Notes: generated from the sequence alone by a model not told the origin. A stretch of 33,476 nt of DNA from Neovahlkampfia damariscottae (GCA_016618085.1 JABLTG010000022.1:124001-157476); one strand, 5' to 3'. Shown: positions 9,318 through 22,885, numbered from the stretch's first letter. Numbers and translations are program-made.

Positions 9318-12300
9318 TTATTTTTGATTGAATTCTTTGATATATTTTTGTAACTTTTTAATATGTCCCAATTTTTCAACTTTCAAATAAGTAGTAAATT
9401 CATCATTTGTAGTTAACTCCAGAAGTGATTCACCATCAATTTCATTGACTCTAAAACTCATTTGATAATCTGACATTGATATATTTTCTAACCAATTTGA
9501 GACATCATCAAAAGACCATTTTAATACTTCATCTCTTGTTAATGTTGAATAATCAATTTTAGATTTTGATACAATTGAAGGAGAATCAACATTAGAAGTA
9601 ATTGAAATTTCTTGATCAAAATTTCTGATTTCAACATTATCATCTTCTGAATTAAGTTTATCTGAAATTTGTTCAATAGTTAATCTTTTTGATGGATCAA
9701 TTTCTAAACAATTTCTTAAAATTGAAAAATAAATAGGATTATAGATCTTGATATCTTCAAACTCTTTAAAATAATCAAATGACTTTTTAATATATTGGAC
9801 ATATTGAAATGATTTTCTTGTTAATAATTCAAATATAATAATACCAAGTGCCCAAATATCAGCTGAATATGAATATGGTTGTTCTTCTCTCTTTGATTAT
9901 TAAATGATTAGATTTCTAATTAATACTTACAATTTCTGGTGCCATGTATGTAAATGTACCAACCAAAGTATCTGCATTATTTTCTTTGTTTAATTCTCTT
10001 GAAAGTCCTAAATCACCCAATTTAACATTATAAGAATTTTTCATGATGAATATATTTTGTGGTTTCAAATCCCTTAATGAAAAATTACTCAAATTGTAAT
10101 TTCAATTTACCTATGAATAATATTTTTTGAATGAATGAACTTTATTGCATCAACTAATTGATTAATTATATTTTTAACAATTTCAGTTGGAAGTGCATCA
10201 ACTTTACTTTTCTTAATTAAAGTTGATAAATCACCACCATCACAAAAATCCATAACTAAATTCATTTGACAAGCACTTGAAGAATCCAAAAATTCAATGA
10301 AAAAATCAACTGCATTGACAATATTTGGATGACTAATTTTAACATATGAACGAATCTATTAAAAAGTTTAAATTTGAAGAAATACTTACTTCTTGAAAAT
10401 CTTCGTTTATATCTTCCAAAGGTCTTTCATTGAATTTTTTCAAAGCATAAGTTTTACCTGTTATTTTCTCTTTCACTAAAAATACAAGACTTTGACCTCC
10501 TGATCCAATTTTTTTAACAATTTCATACTTTTGCAATTTAGTTGAATCTTTTTTCTTTTCTGTTGAAGTAAATAATCCAATATTAATTAATTCTTTTAAT
10601 GATTTAATGATTGAATCCAAAGTTGATCTTTGAAAAGGATTAAATATTAAACAAGATTCCATAATTTGTAAATATTTCAATTTTTCATCTTTTTCATTTT
10701 TTTTTAATTTTTCAATTTCATCTTTTTCAAATGGTAATTGTCCACTTGATATTTTTTCTTTCAAAACATTTTGACTTTTTTCATTGACGTATGGTTTTTT
10801 ATTTGAATAAAGTAACCACATTATTAACCCAAAACTATAAATATCAGATTTCTTATCTACTGATTTTCCATTCAATAATTCAGGTGCTGAATAATTACAT
10901 TCTTTTGAAATTTTTTCATGAATTAAATGACCAATTTTAACATGATTATCTTTTGTTAAGAATAAATTCTCATCATTAATCATTCCATGTATAAAAGGTA
11001 TTTCCAAACTATGTAAATATAATAAACCTCTTGCAATATCAAAACACATTGATATTTTATCAACAAAAGATATATTTGTCAAAGAATTCAATTTTAAATT
11101 CCCCTTTTCAACTCTTTCTGTAATTACACATGCTTTCTTATCTGATGTGATACAACGAAATCCAATAACACTTGGATGTTTAATTTTTCTTATAATTTTC
11201 ATTTCACTTGAATATTTTGATAAAATATAATCTTTATCTTTGTTTATCATATGAATAGTAACTGGTTCTCTTCTCCAAACACCATTGTATGTTGTAGTAT
11301 CTAACCTTTCATTTAATTGAATTTCAGAGAATGGAACATTCATTGTATTATTCATTTCATCTAAATTGGAAGAATGAATTTCAATTAACATATTTGAATT
11401 TTGATCACCTCCAATTAAAATCTTCTATTAACTCTAATTAATGAAACTTACTATATTTCCTTCATGAAAGAATGTTACATAATTTAACTTCTTATTTATA
11501 CAATCTGTCACCATTATAGGTTGGAATTTTAATATTTTTTCATTTAATTTCAAAACAAACATTTCCTTTGGAAGAATGATTAATTTTTCTTTGTTCAATT
11601 ACATGATAAGAATGATCCAAATTATTCTTTCCACCATAAATAATACATGTACCACCTCTCACAATACCTGATGATAAATATCTTTTTGATGGTGTCATTA
11701 TTGTTTTTTGAAGTGTCCAACTGTAAATATCTAAATTAAATGTATACAAATCATTTTGAACTCCTTTTTGATCTTTTCCACCAAATATACAAAAATATTG
11801 ACCAAACATGAAATTAGCTGTTGAAATTCTTGGTGAAGGAATGTTTGATGTTGATTTTTGATTATATTTAATTTCACTCCATGTCAGAGTATCTAAATTT
11901 AAAATGAATGTATCATTTAAATAACCACCTGAACCACCTCTTTCTCCTCCAAATATAATCATCATATTTCTATAAATTTGACATGCATGAGAACTTCTAG
12001 CTGATGGTGAAATACCTGCGCAAGATACTTTTGTTGATTCATAAGTTTGTAAATTAATTGCATAAAGATCATCTAATTTTGAGCCTGATGAGTTTTCACC
12101 TCCAAAAATAAACATGTGTTCATGGTATAAAACACAACTAAAGAGTTAGATTATTTTTTTTACGAGTGGTCAAATCTTGGTGTTGGTGGACTTCCTTTAA
12201 GTTTAATATCACCATCTGAACTTTTAAATTTTAAATTATCAATATCCAATTCATAAAGATTTCCATCATAACCAGGAAAACCTAATTCTTTTTAATTTTT

Positions 12301-12438
12301 TTTAAACATACCTCCAAATATAACAACAGATTTGTTAAAAGGGTGAGCTATGGCAGAATATCCACGACTTGTTTTGGGTCCAATTTTTTGGTTTTCTAAT
12401 TTTTTACTGTCGAAATTAACACTGCTACTTTGACCCAT
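9318..12438 (-). CDS. Kelch repeats + pseudokinase + NEK-like Ser/Thr kinase + SAM domain protein; introns at 12282-12311, 12138-12163, 11566-11602, 11425(or 11422)-11451, 10356-10389, 10073-10110, 9891-9930
   Basis: The spliced product starts MGQSSS and has Kelch motifs (PRFDHS|CVL..MFIFGG, ARSSHAC..MIIFGG). It continues with a degenerate TKL-like domain, an active kinase (GSGGQS, YALKK, HR|DLKPQN, DLG, YMAPE, DIWALG) and a SAM domain (KWSFDDVSNWL..F..NEIDGESLLEL..LGHIKKL), ending at TAA 9318-9320. Confidence 0.85.
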
Positions 12439-12764
12439 TAAAATGATTTGATTGGATCATGAAACCTGAAGAAAGATTATTGAAAAAGCTTCCTTCTGAT
12501 CAAAATAGTTCAAATTTAGCAGAAGATATTTAAAAAAACTAAACTATTTTTTGAAAACCTAAAAGTGTGCAAATAACAATTGAAAAATTAATTCAATCAA
12601 CAAAAGATAATTTTTTTCATTCTTCAAAAAGTTTTATTTTTTAGAGGCGCCTTCAAATAGAAGTTGAATATATGTAAACCGTTGGATTTGATGAAATATT
12701 GTTGGGCAGACTTCATCCACTCTATTTTTGACCAATCAAACACCCACAAATTCGTCCACTAAAA

Positions 12765-15008
12765 ATGTCCAGAAAGAAAAACAAAGAAAAAGAAACTCAG
12801 CCATTTTCAGGAAATTTATTTGCAATTTTAGCTGATACTGATGGTGAAACCACACCAAAAAATACAAAAACAAAAAAAAAAAACAAATTAAAAAAAAATA
12901 AAAGTAAAACCAAATATAATCATAACTTTTTTTAGACTCAGAACAAGATTTATGGAGTTTAGGTACACCAACATTGAAACAGCAGAGTAATGGATCCACT
13001 ATAGATACTTCTCTGCCGACAAATCAAGTGACAAATTCAAACGAAAATTCTTTTGAAACACCACTGTTATATTCTCCAAAAGGAAATAATTCACGAAAAA
13101 ATTCAAGAACAGCTTCACCTTTGACGTAAAAAAAAACAATTTTAATTTTTTTTTTTTCAAAATAGAGTGATGCGAAGTAACTCAAAATCTGATATGTTTG
13201 TTTCAATAAAACTAAATTCAACACCAAGAAGTTCACAATCACCAACTCCTAGAAGTGTTTTAGAATCACCAAAAAGACGAACTAAATCTATTAGTGATTC
13301 TTTGTCAAATGGAACACCAAAAACACCAAAAACACCAAGTTTTTCAACTATATCAACTTCAGCTAGTCTATATTCATATTTAGAAAATTCGTCTCTAAAA
13401 TGGGATATTGATTTTCGAACCAATGTTTGGAAGGAGTGGAGTATCGCATTGAAACAATCTGAATCATCAAGTTCAAATAAATTCATTGACGAAAATTTAC
13501 AATTTTGGACTTTTAAGCAAATATTTTTGATGAGTAAAGCTTTTGAAAATATTATTATGTCAGTATTAGTTTCATTGACATCAATAACAACAGAAGAAGA
13601 ATTAATTTTATGGGAAATTTTTAATGATTGTACATTTGGAGAAGAATCTGAAAAATATCAAATTTTTAGTCAAATTACAAATATAAGTGAATTATTGAAA
13701 GGAAAAACAAAAAATTCATTTGATTTAATTCAAGGAATGATTTCAATTGTATCAAAATTAAAATTATCAAAAATGAATGATTCAAATAATGAAAAAATTA
13801 TTAATTCTTTAACTTCATTGGATAATGAATTAATTGAAATTAAAAAAAATCCATTTTCGACTTTGAACCTTATCAATATTCATAAAAAGAAAATTGAATT
13901 ATTAAAATTAAGTATAACAAAAGACGAAGAATTATATTCAGATATTTTATTTAAAGAGACATCAAAAAGTTTAAAAGAAAGATTTAAAGTTATGAATGAT
14001 CCAAATATTCAAATTTTTGAACAAAATGAAAAAGAAGCGAAAGAAATTGTCGAAAAATATCAAGAAATTATTGATAATTTTGATGACCAATTAGAAAAGT
14101 TTGAATTAGAAGAAACTTCGTTATTAGAAAAAAAAGATGAATTAGAAGAACAATTAAAAGAAATTAATAAGAAATTATTGGAAAATCGAATGAAATTAGA
14201 AAAATTAGATTCAGATAAAAAAGAAACGGAAAATCAAATGGAACAAACTAAAACTAAATTTAAATATCAATCTATTCAATTATCAAACTCATTTCAACAA
14301 TCAGATTATAGAGCTTTTAAAAAAATTGAAGAATTTATTTCAACAACGGAAGAATTTTTATTCAATGAAATTGAAAAAAGAAATATAACTCTAACGTCTG
14401 TTTTACATCAATCTTCAAAACAATTTTTAAATCAAATTGAAAAACATTTAGAAAATCAAAATGAAATTTTAACTGAATTGTTAAAAAATATAGTTTCAGT
14501 TACAACAGAATTGACTGATATTTATCAAAGACAATTGAATGAACCTTTAGATTTGAAAGATAAATCTCAAGTTAAAACGTTATTCTCTCAAATTGAAATT
14601 TATTTTCAAGAAATTGATATTATTTTAATTGAAGCACAAGAAATTAATAATGAAAATATTTTATATAGAAATAAATCAGAATTTGTAAATTTGTTTAATA
14701 AAAATCAATTTCAATTAGAAACTATGAATAATATTCAAAATACTGCTTATAAATGTAAAGAAAATGTTCAAACGATGAAGGAGAATTTTAATTTTAAAAT
14801 ATCAGATGAAATTATATCTCAAGACGAAATGTTTTCAGTTCCAATTAAAAATTCAAAAACAAATGATCTGATAAAAGATTCAAATGGTAGTACTTCTTCG
14901 TCAATTACAAATCAAGATTTTTTTACTGCTCCACCTCAAAAAAAATCAAAAAGTTTTAAAAAAAAAAAGAAAAAATTTTCTAAAAATATTGATATACTAA
15001 CTGAATAA
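12765..15008 (+). CDS. Uncharacterised protein with S/T-P-rich N-terminus and coiled coil; introns at 12904-12935 and 13126-13165
   Basis: ATG at 12765 (MSRKKNKEKETQPFSGNLFAILAD) splices in frame into the 613-aa ORF; central heptad-rich region and Lys-rich termini. Confidence 0.72.
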
Positions 15009-15097
15009 AATGATGAAAAATTGAATAAAAATTTTTTAAATGAATCTGATTAGACGATTTTACTTCAATTTGATTGGTCTATTTGATAAGAAAGAAA

Positions 15098-18000
15098 ATG
15101 TCTTCAGTAAAAAACTACTGTCGTTTTCGTCCCTTTTCTGATGATGAAGATTCATCAACTCCAAATATGGAGTATAAATCCGAGAAACAATTAACTCTGC
15201 CTGTAAATATTATCCATTTTTTTTAAGTTTTTTTTTAGAAAGCATCGGCTAATTACTCTTTTGACAAAGTTTTCAAAGAAACCTCAACTCAAGAGGAACT
15301 TTACAACGAATTTCTTCCTAATATTAATGGTAAGTTTTATTTCAAAAATTAAAACAGACTTTCAGTAATTTTGGAAGGAAAAAATCTTTCAGTTTTGTGC
15401 TTTGGTACAACAAATTCTGGAGCGACATATACTGCATTTGGTGGTACTCTAGAGTGGAATGTATGTTATAAATTTTTAATTCTTTTTTTTTTTAGGAAGA
15501 TCCTGAAGAAGGAATGTTTCCAAGACTTGTCAGAAGTCTTTTTGATAGGGTTTTAGAAATTGGAGAAGCAGATGATTCAGTTGAATTTCAAATCAAAATT
15601 GCTTGTTTTGAAGCTGATGAAGAAGGAGAAAAATTAAACGATATTATGTCTCGTAAGTTTCTAATAGTTTTTTTTCTAAAAATAAAAAAGTTGAACCAAA
15701 AACGATAAATGTGAGCATAAAGAATGGAAAACCACATTTAGATGATGTTTTAGAAGAATTTGTTGAAAGTGACGCTGAAATATTTCAAATTATTGCAGAC
15801 TGTCTCCAAAATAAACAATTTGATGGATGTACTTTTGCCAGTGTAACTTTACAACAAACTGTACTTGAAACTGATGAAAAGAAAGAAGGAACATTGTTAA
15901 TTGGTGATGTAAAAGATTGTAATGATGCTCTTCTTGAAATTATTGATGACTTAAATCATAACAAAGTAAAAATACAAAAATATGTTTAACCTTTAATTTA
16001 TTAGCCATATAAGGAAAACAATCATTTAAGTGCTGCTCTTTATTCATGTTTTTTTGATAATCGTACTACAATTGCCATTTCTTGTTGTCAACCTGGTGAA
16101 AGTGATATCAACTCAGTTAAAGAAACTCTTGATATTTCTGATATGTTTAAAGATGTTAAAATTGAAACAAGTGTTGTAACTGCTACAAATACACCAACAC
16201 CATCCACTGGAGGAAGTGGTGTTGATTCTGCTGCACTTGTTGAACTTCAAAATGAATTAGTTCAATTAAAACAAGTCAATGAAGATTTGAAAAAACAAGC
16301 AGAAGAATTCAAACAAGCTTTTGAACAAGAAAAAAAAGTGAACGAAACAAATTCAAAAGAATCAACGGAATTGGTGAAAAAGATTCAAGCTGCTGAAACT
16401 AAATTGACAAAGGTAAAGAAACTTCAAAAAATGAAAGCAGATACACTTATTTCAAAATTAGATGCATTAAAGTCACGTTCACAAACTTTACAACAACAAC
16501 AAAAACAACTTTTAGATGCTTCAAATAATATTAAAAGTGAAATTTCTTTTAAAGATATTTCAAAACAAATTGTTGATAAAATTCAAAGTATTTCATCAAA
16601 TCAAGAATCAAATTTCACTTCAAAATTATCAAAATTACAAGAAGAAAAAGATCAATTGGAAGGAAAAATTACAGAAATTGAAAATAAATTACAAAAAGAA
16701 AGTGATGATAACAAAGCATTTGAAAAACAAATTCAAACTTTGAAAAAAGAAATTAAAGATAAAACTGAAAAGATTTCAGTGACTGAAAGTGAATTGTCGT
16801 CAGCAAAAGAAACATTAGAAGTTGAAAAAGTTCACACAGAATCACAAAAAGAAATCATTGCAGAAAAAGAAGAAAAAATAGATTCTTTAATGAATGATTT
16901 ACAAGAAAAAGAAACAGTATATAAAAAAGATTTACAAGAAGCAAAACAAAAATTGATAAAAGAACAAAGTGCACTTTCAACACTTAATTTAACTTTAATT
17001 TCTGAAAAATCACAACTTGATGTAACAAGAAAATTATTAGTTGATAAAGATACAAAAATTAAAACTTTGACAACAGATATGATTTCAAAACAATCAGAAA
17101 TTAAAAAACTTAAAGATCAAATTGAAAGTAGAAATGCAGAATTAGAATCAGTTGTTTCAAAAGGTAGTGAAAGTGAAGGTCAAAATGCTGCTTTGCAACA
17201 AAAAATTTCTGATGCTGAATCAAAAGTTGAAAAATTAACACAAGAAGTTTCAAATTTAAAAACAAAATTGATCAATGAAAAAGAACGTCAAAATGAAGAA
17301 ATAAAACAAGTTCAAGAATCAAATAAAGATAAAATTGAAGAATATGAATCAAAAGTTGAAAATTTAAAAAAAGAAATTGAAGATATTACAGAAGAGAATT
17401 CACAATTATCATCATCTATTAAGAAATTGAAACAAGATTTTGCAAAAGAACAAAGTAAACTTGAAAAAGATAAAGAAACAGCAGAAAAAGAAACAAAAGA
17501 AACAAAAAGTTTACTTGATGAACAAATCAAAAATGTAAAATCAGCTGAAAAAAAGATTTCAAAAAAAGAAGTTGAAATTTCAACTTTAGGAGAAGAAAAG
17601 AAAATTGCAGAAAGAAAATTGAATAATTTACAAGAAGAACATGATAAAATTAAAGAAGAAATTTCTAAAAAAGTACAAGAATTTAAGCAAACACAATATG
17701 ATTTAGAAAATCAATTAAACTCAGAAAAAGATAATTTAGCAAAAGAATTACAAATTCAACAACAAATAAAGACTGAATTAAGTTCAAAAGAAAAAGAAGT
17801 GAAACGTTTAAATACCAAATTATCAACAATGATTGAAGAACAAGGAAATTTAGAAACTAAATTTAATGAAAAAATGACTGAACTTGAAAAAGAGAAATAT
17901 AAAATTATCGATTTTGAAAGACAAATACAAATATCAACAGATGAAATTATTCAATACAAAGAACAAGTAAATGATTTAAAAAATCAAATTACGAAATTAA

Positions 18001-21000
18001 ATAAAGATCAAAAGGATCAAAAAGATGAAATTACTGGTAGTCGTTTACAAATTGAAGAATTGAATTCAAGTTTAGAACAACTTCAACAAAGAGCAGAATC
18101 ATCAGAAAAATCAATTTCAGAACAAAGAGATAAACAAAAAGAATTAAAAGAATCTTTAGATTTTTCACAAAAAGAGAATGAATCCTTAATTTTATTAAAA
18201 AATCAAAATGAAAATAAAATTAATCAATTAACTGAAAATATTCAAAAATTTGAAAAAATTGAAATTAATTTACAAGAAAAGATAAATGAATTAAATTCAA
18301 AAATAAATGAATTTGAACAAAATATTATATCAAAAGAACAAAAAATTAAACAATTAACAAATTTAGTTGAATCATCTTCAAATGAATCAAGTACAAAAAA
18401 TGATGAAGTTTCAAATTTATTATCAAAAATTGATACATTAAATAATGATATTTCAAATGAAAAGCTTGAACAATTAAAATTAAAAAATGAACATTCAAAA
18501 ATTATTGAAGAAATAAAAAAAGAAAATTCAAATTTTGTTAAAATGAATTCAGAAAAAACATTTGAAATTACTGAATTAAAGAATCAAATTACAACATTAA
18601 AACAAACTATTGAAGAAAATGATGAAGAAATTTCAGCATCAAAAGATGAAATGCATTCAATTGAAGGTGTTAAAAAACAATTAGAAAGAGATTTAGAAAA
18701 TCTAAATTTAGATAATGAATTACTTCAAAATCGTTTAAAAGAATTAGATCATTTAAGAATAAAAGAATCAGAAGAATCAGAAGAATTGATTAAAAAATTA
18801 TCCGATTCTGAAAAAGAATTTGATTTGATAAATTCAGAATTGAAAAAACAAAATGAAAAAGTATCTCAATTACAAAGTGAAAAAGAAAAATCTCAAAAAA
18901 GTTTGAATGAATTAAATGATAAATATTCAAAATTATCAACTGAATTAAAACAAAAAGAAGAAGAATTATTTTCAATTTCGTCCAATAATAAAGAATTGAA
19001 CGAAAAATATTTGAAAAAAGAAGATGATTTGTTGATATTAACCAATGAAATCAAAGAATTAAAGAATGAAAATAAATCAATGAAAGAGAAAATATTTGAA
19101 TTAGAATCAAATTTAGAATCATCAAAATTAAAATTAGAAGAACAATTATCAAAATATTCAAATGATATCCAATTAAATGAATCATCAAAAATAGATTTTG
19201 AGAATGAAAAGAATGAGTTGATTTCTGAAAATGAAGAAAAATTAAAAAAACAAAATGAAGAATTTTCAACAAAAATAACCAAAATATCAGAAGAAAATGA
19301 AAATAAAATTGAAGAAATGAAGTCAAAAATGGAAAAGAAAATTAATGATCTTGAAGAAGAAATTAAATTTCAAGAACAAGATTCAAAAAAGAAATTATTA
19401 AAATCAGAAAAACAATTAGATAAGATTAAAGTTGAATTGAAATCAAAAGAAGAACAATTTGAAGTTAAAATATCAGAATTAAAAAGAAAAATTGAACAAC
19501 AACAAGAAGCATTAACATCTCAAGAACCTGATTTAGATCAAACATCAGAATATTTAGATTTGATTTCTCAATTAGAAAATGAGAAATTAATATTAACTGC
19601 TTCTTCAAGAGATGTTCAAATTCAACTTCAATCTGAAATTGATTCATTAAAACAACAATTATTAGATGAACAATCTACTATTGAAGATTTAAATTCAACA
19701 ATTTCTTCTTCAAAAAATAAAATTACATTAATGGAATCATTGGTTATCAAACAAAAATCAGAAATTAAATTACAAAAAGGACTTGTTGAGAATAACTCAA
19801 AATTAGTTCAAGAATTACGTGAGAAATTATCAGTTGCAGAATTAAAAGCAGGTTCTGTTAATGATGAAATGATTGAAAATAATGAAGTAATGAAAAAGAA
19901 ATTAGAAGAATCAGAACAAGATGTTGTTTCTTTAAAAAGTGAAGTATCAAAATTAAAATTAGAAAAGAATAAATTAAAAGATACAGAAAAATTAAATCAA
20001 TCAAAATCTAAAATACAATTGGATGAAAAAATGAATGAAATTGAAGAATTAAAGAAATCTCATTCAAGTGAAATTGAAAAATTAAAAAAAGATTTTGAAA
20101 ATGTAATGTTGAAATTATCACAAAAAGATGAAGAAATGAATAATCAAAAAATGAAATATGAAAATGAAATTGAAGAAGCAAGAAATACTATAAATGAAAA
20201 TCATCCATTATTAGAATCATCAAAATTAACAATTGCTAAATTAGAATTAAAAATACAAAAAGATGAAATTGAAATGAAATCAAAAGAAATTGAAAATTTA
20301 AAAATTGTTACACAAATTCGTCAAGAAAAAACAGATTTAGAAAAACAACATGAAGAAGAAATAAAAAAATTAAAAGAACAAGAAGTTTCATCTGATAAAG
20401 TAGTTGAATTAGAATCTGAATTAAAAGAATTACGTGAAATGATAATGTCTTCAATTGAAAAAAGAAAACAACAAAAAGAAAAAATGGAAAAAGATTATTT
20501 TGCAAAAAGAGAAATTGTTTCTTGGAATGGAAGAAGAGTTGAATCAAAATTACCAACTACTATTCCTTATGATAAAAAATTACAACAAGAAATTATTGAA
20601 CACAATATTGAAATTAATGTTGAAACAACAAATGTGAGAGCATCAAAAGATTTAACACCAAAATCTCAATCCACTTCAACATTAAATACTGGAAGTACAG
20701 AAAAGAAAACAAGAGGTGGTTCAATACTTGGTTTAAGTTTCAATAATAAAAGAACACTTAAAAAATCAGACTCAGAAAATGGTCTTCTCTCTGGTTATTT
20801 ATCAATGGAAGGTGATAAATTTAAAACTTGGAAAAAGAGATGGTTTAAATTACATGATCATTATCTGTCCTATTTTGCAAATGCAGGTGAAGGAAAACCA
20901 ATTAAAGGAATTAATCTAAAACATGGAAGAGTTGAATCATGTCCAAATAAGACAAGTTCATCAAGAAAATATCCATTCCAAGTTATTGTTGGAAAGAAAA

Positions 21001-21122
21001 CTTATTATTTAAATGCGGAAACAAAAAAAGAAATGGATTCTTGGATTTCAAATATTAGTAAATTAATCAATACTGCAAATAAAGATCCATCAATCAAAGA
21101 AGGTGTTGATCTTACTAATTAA
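15098..21122 (+). CDS. Divergent kinesin-like motor domain + very long coiled coil + C-terminal PH domain; introns at 15203-15238, 15330-15365, 15461-15495, 15653-15690, 15966-16004
   Basis: The spliced N-terminus has kinesin landmarks (VKNYCRFRP, YSFDKVF..STQEELY, VILEGKNLSVLCFG, GMFPRLVRSLF, PYKENNHLS..L, ETL). It runs in frame into the 1659-aa ORF ending in a PH domain (GYLSMEG..KTWKKRWF..YYLNAET..EMDSWI). Confidence 0.85.
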
Positions 21123-21138
21123 AATTATAATAAATTTT

Positions 21139-22875
21139 TTATTTATGATTTGGGGAATTTGTTTGTGAATTATTTTCCATTGTTGTAATTGAATTTAATG
21201 TTACTCTTAATTTATCTTCTAAATTTGAAAGGGTATTTTGATTCTTTGCTTTGTGTTCAGTCATCAATTCTAAAGTTTTGTACAGTAAATCTGACATTAA
21301 TTTTTCTTCATTTGATATTTTCATTTGTAATTTATCTAAATCATTTGTCAATGATTCCATGTGTCTGAATGACATTTTCAAATCAACATCTTGTTGTTCT
21401 AATAATTTTAATGATTGATTTTCTTGTTCTAATGATTCTAATTGAAATGATGTTTGTTGTAATTCACTTCTCCATTGTTCTTTTTCTTTCTTAAAATTCT
21501 CTTCAAATTTTTTAATTTTTGATGATAATTGATTTGTTGAATCAATCAAACTCTCTTTTTCCCATTCAAGTTTATCCGATTCATTTTTCAATTTTAAGTT
21601 AATTTCTTGTTCATGATGAAGTTTTGATGTATTTTCTTGTTGAAATGTTCTTAAATTTGAATCAATATTCTTTAATTTCATATCTTGTGAATCAACTAAA
21701 ACATTCAAATGTTGTGGTAATCTTGTTGCTTTCTTGTTAAACATTTGAACAGTTTTTTGAATTTCTTCATTTGCACTTCTCAAATCTTTTTCTAAATTCC
21801 AATCATGTTCTTTAAGTTCTTGATATTGTTTTGTTAAATTTAATTGAGTTGTTTCAAGATAATTCAATTCATTGTACATTCTTTTTACTTCATCAGGTGT
21901 AATTTCTTGTTGATCAATTTGTTTTTTTAGAATATCCCTTTCAAATTTAAATTTAGAAATTATATTTCTAATTTGATTTAATTCTTTATCAAGTGATTCA
22001 TTTTTTGATTCTAAATTTTCTCTATTATTTGATTTAACAATGATTAATTGTTTCAATTTTTCAATATCAGTTTCATGTAATTTTTTATTCTTTTCCAATG
22101 AAATTAATGGTGATTCTTTATAATCATCACATTCTTTTTGTAATTCTGAAATTAAACTGAGATATTTTTCAATTTGTGAAATAATTTCTTTATCTTTTTC
22201 TGAAAATAATTTTCTAATTTCATCTTCCATTAAAACATAATCTGAACTTTCACAATGAAGATAACTTTGATATGATTTACTTAAATAAATAAAAAATTGA
22301 TTTGCTTCTTCATCTCTATCTAAACAACTTCTTTGATCATTTGTTGAATCTTTATATTTATTTAGTTCAACTAACCAATGTAATGCTGCCAATAATGATG
22401 GCCATGCATGTGGTGCTCCAATTGATGTTAAATTTCTTTTTGAAAGTGGAAATGGATATCCAAAAAATTCAAAAATTGAAATGACAACTTCATAGTCAAA
22501 TTGTGATGCTGACATTTTTCCTTTTGATTTGGTTGATGGAATTTGTATTGTTTTGAAACTTTTATCAAGTTTATGAATCAAATGTTCCAAAAGGTGAACA
22601 AAGTCTTTTGTCATTGGGTTACGAAGGATTTTTTGATTGATTTCTAAATCATAATTTGGTTGTACGTATACTAATATATCTTTTACAGCTTTTGAAATGA
22701 ATTCTTTTTGTGCTAAGTTTCTTTGGTCAACTTTTTTTTGTTGTCCAGTAATTGTGTTGGTTCCGAATGAGCTCATTCTACTTGACATGGATAGTTTGGC
22801 ATTTTTAGCACTAAGACTTTGTCTTGAATCATTATGGTGGATGTTTTGTATGTTGCCAAGTGTTTGTCGATGCAT
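21139..22875 (-). CDS. NDC80: Kinetochore protein NDC80/HEC1
   Basis: CH-domain motifs LRNPMTKDF and FGYPFPLSKRNLTSIGAPHAWPSLLAALHWLVEL, followed by coiled coil. The start is placed at the first ATG (MHRQTLGN) rather than the TTG start in the ORF track. Confidence 0.93.
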   Translation of the reverse strand: MHRQTLGNIQNIHHNDSRQSLSAKNAKLSMSSRMSSFGTNTITGQQKKVDQRNLAQKEFISKAVKDILVYVQPNYDLEINQKILRNPMTKDFVHLLEHLIHKLDKSFKTIQIPSTKSKGKMSASQFDYEVVISIFEFFGYPFPLSKRNLTSIGAPHAWPSLLAALHWLVELNKYKDSTNDQRSCLDRDEEANQFFIYLSKSYQSYLHCESSDYVLMEDEIRKLFSEKDKEIISQIEKYLSLISELQKECDDYKESPLISLEKNKKLHETDIEKLKQLIIVKSNNRENLESKNESLDKELNQIRNIISKFKFERDILKKQIDQQEITPDEVKRMYNELNYLETTQLNLTKQYQELKEHDWNLEKDLRSANEEIQKTVQMFNKKATRLPQHLNVLVDSQDMKLKNIDSNLRTFQQENTSKLHHEQEINLKLKNESDKLEWEKESLIDSTNQLSSKIKKFEENFKKEKEQWRSELQQTSFQLESLEQENQSLKLLEQQDVDLKMSFRHMESLTNDLDKLQMKISNEEKLMSDLLYKTLELMTEHKAKNQNTLSNLEDKLRVTLNSITTMENNSQTNSPNHK

Positions 22876-22885
22876 CAAGAATTTA

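Noticed and set aside
11540..11542. TGA ending ORF 11540-12115, considered as readthrough or an alternative genetic code
   Set aside because: It is explained by the 37-nt intron at 11566-11602, after which the frame changes. TAA and TGA behave as normal stops elsewhere.
12645..12657. AGGCGCCT palindrome followed by TCAAA, resembling a CDE/CHR element
   Set aside because: It is a single occurrence with the wrong order and spacing, and TTTGAA is very common in this AT-rich DNA.
16516..20637. Several short ORFs inside the kinesin-like coiled coil
   Set aside because: They are shadow ORFs caused by biased E/K/N codons and have no motifs.
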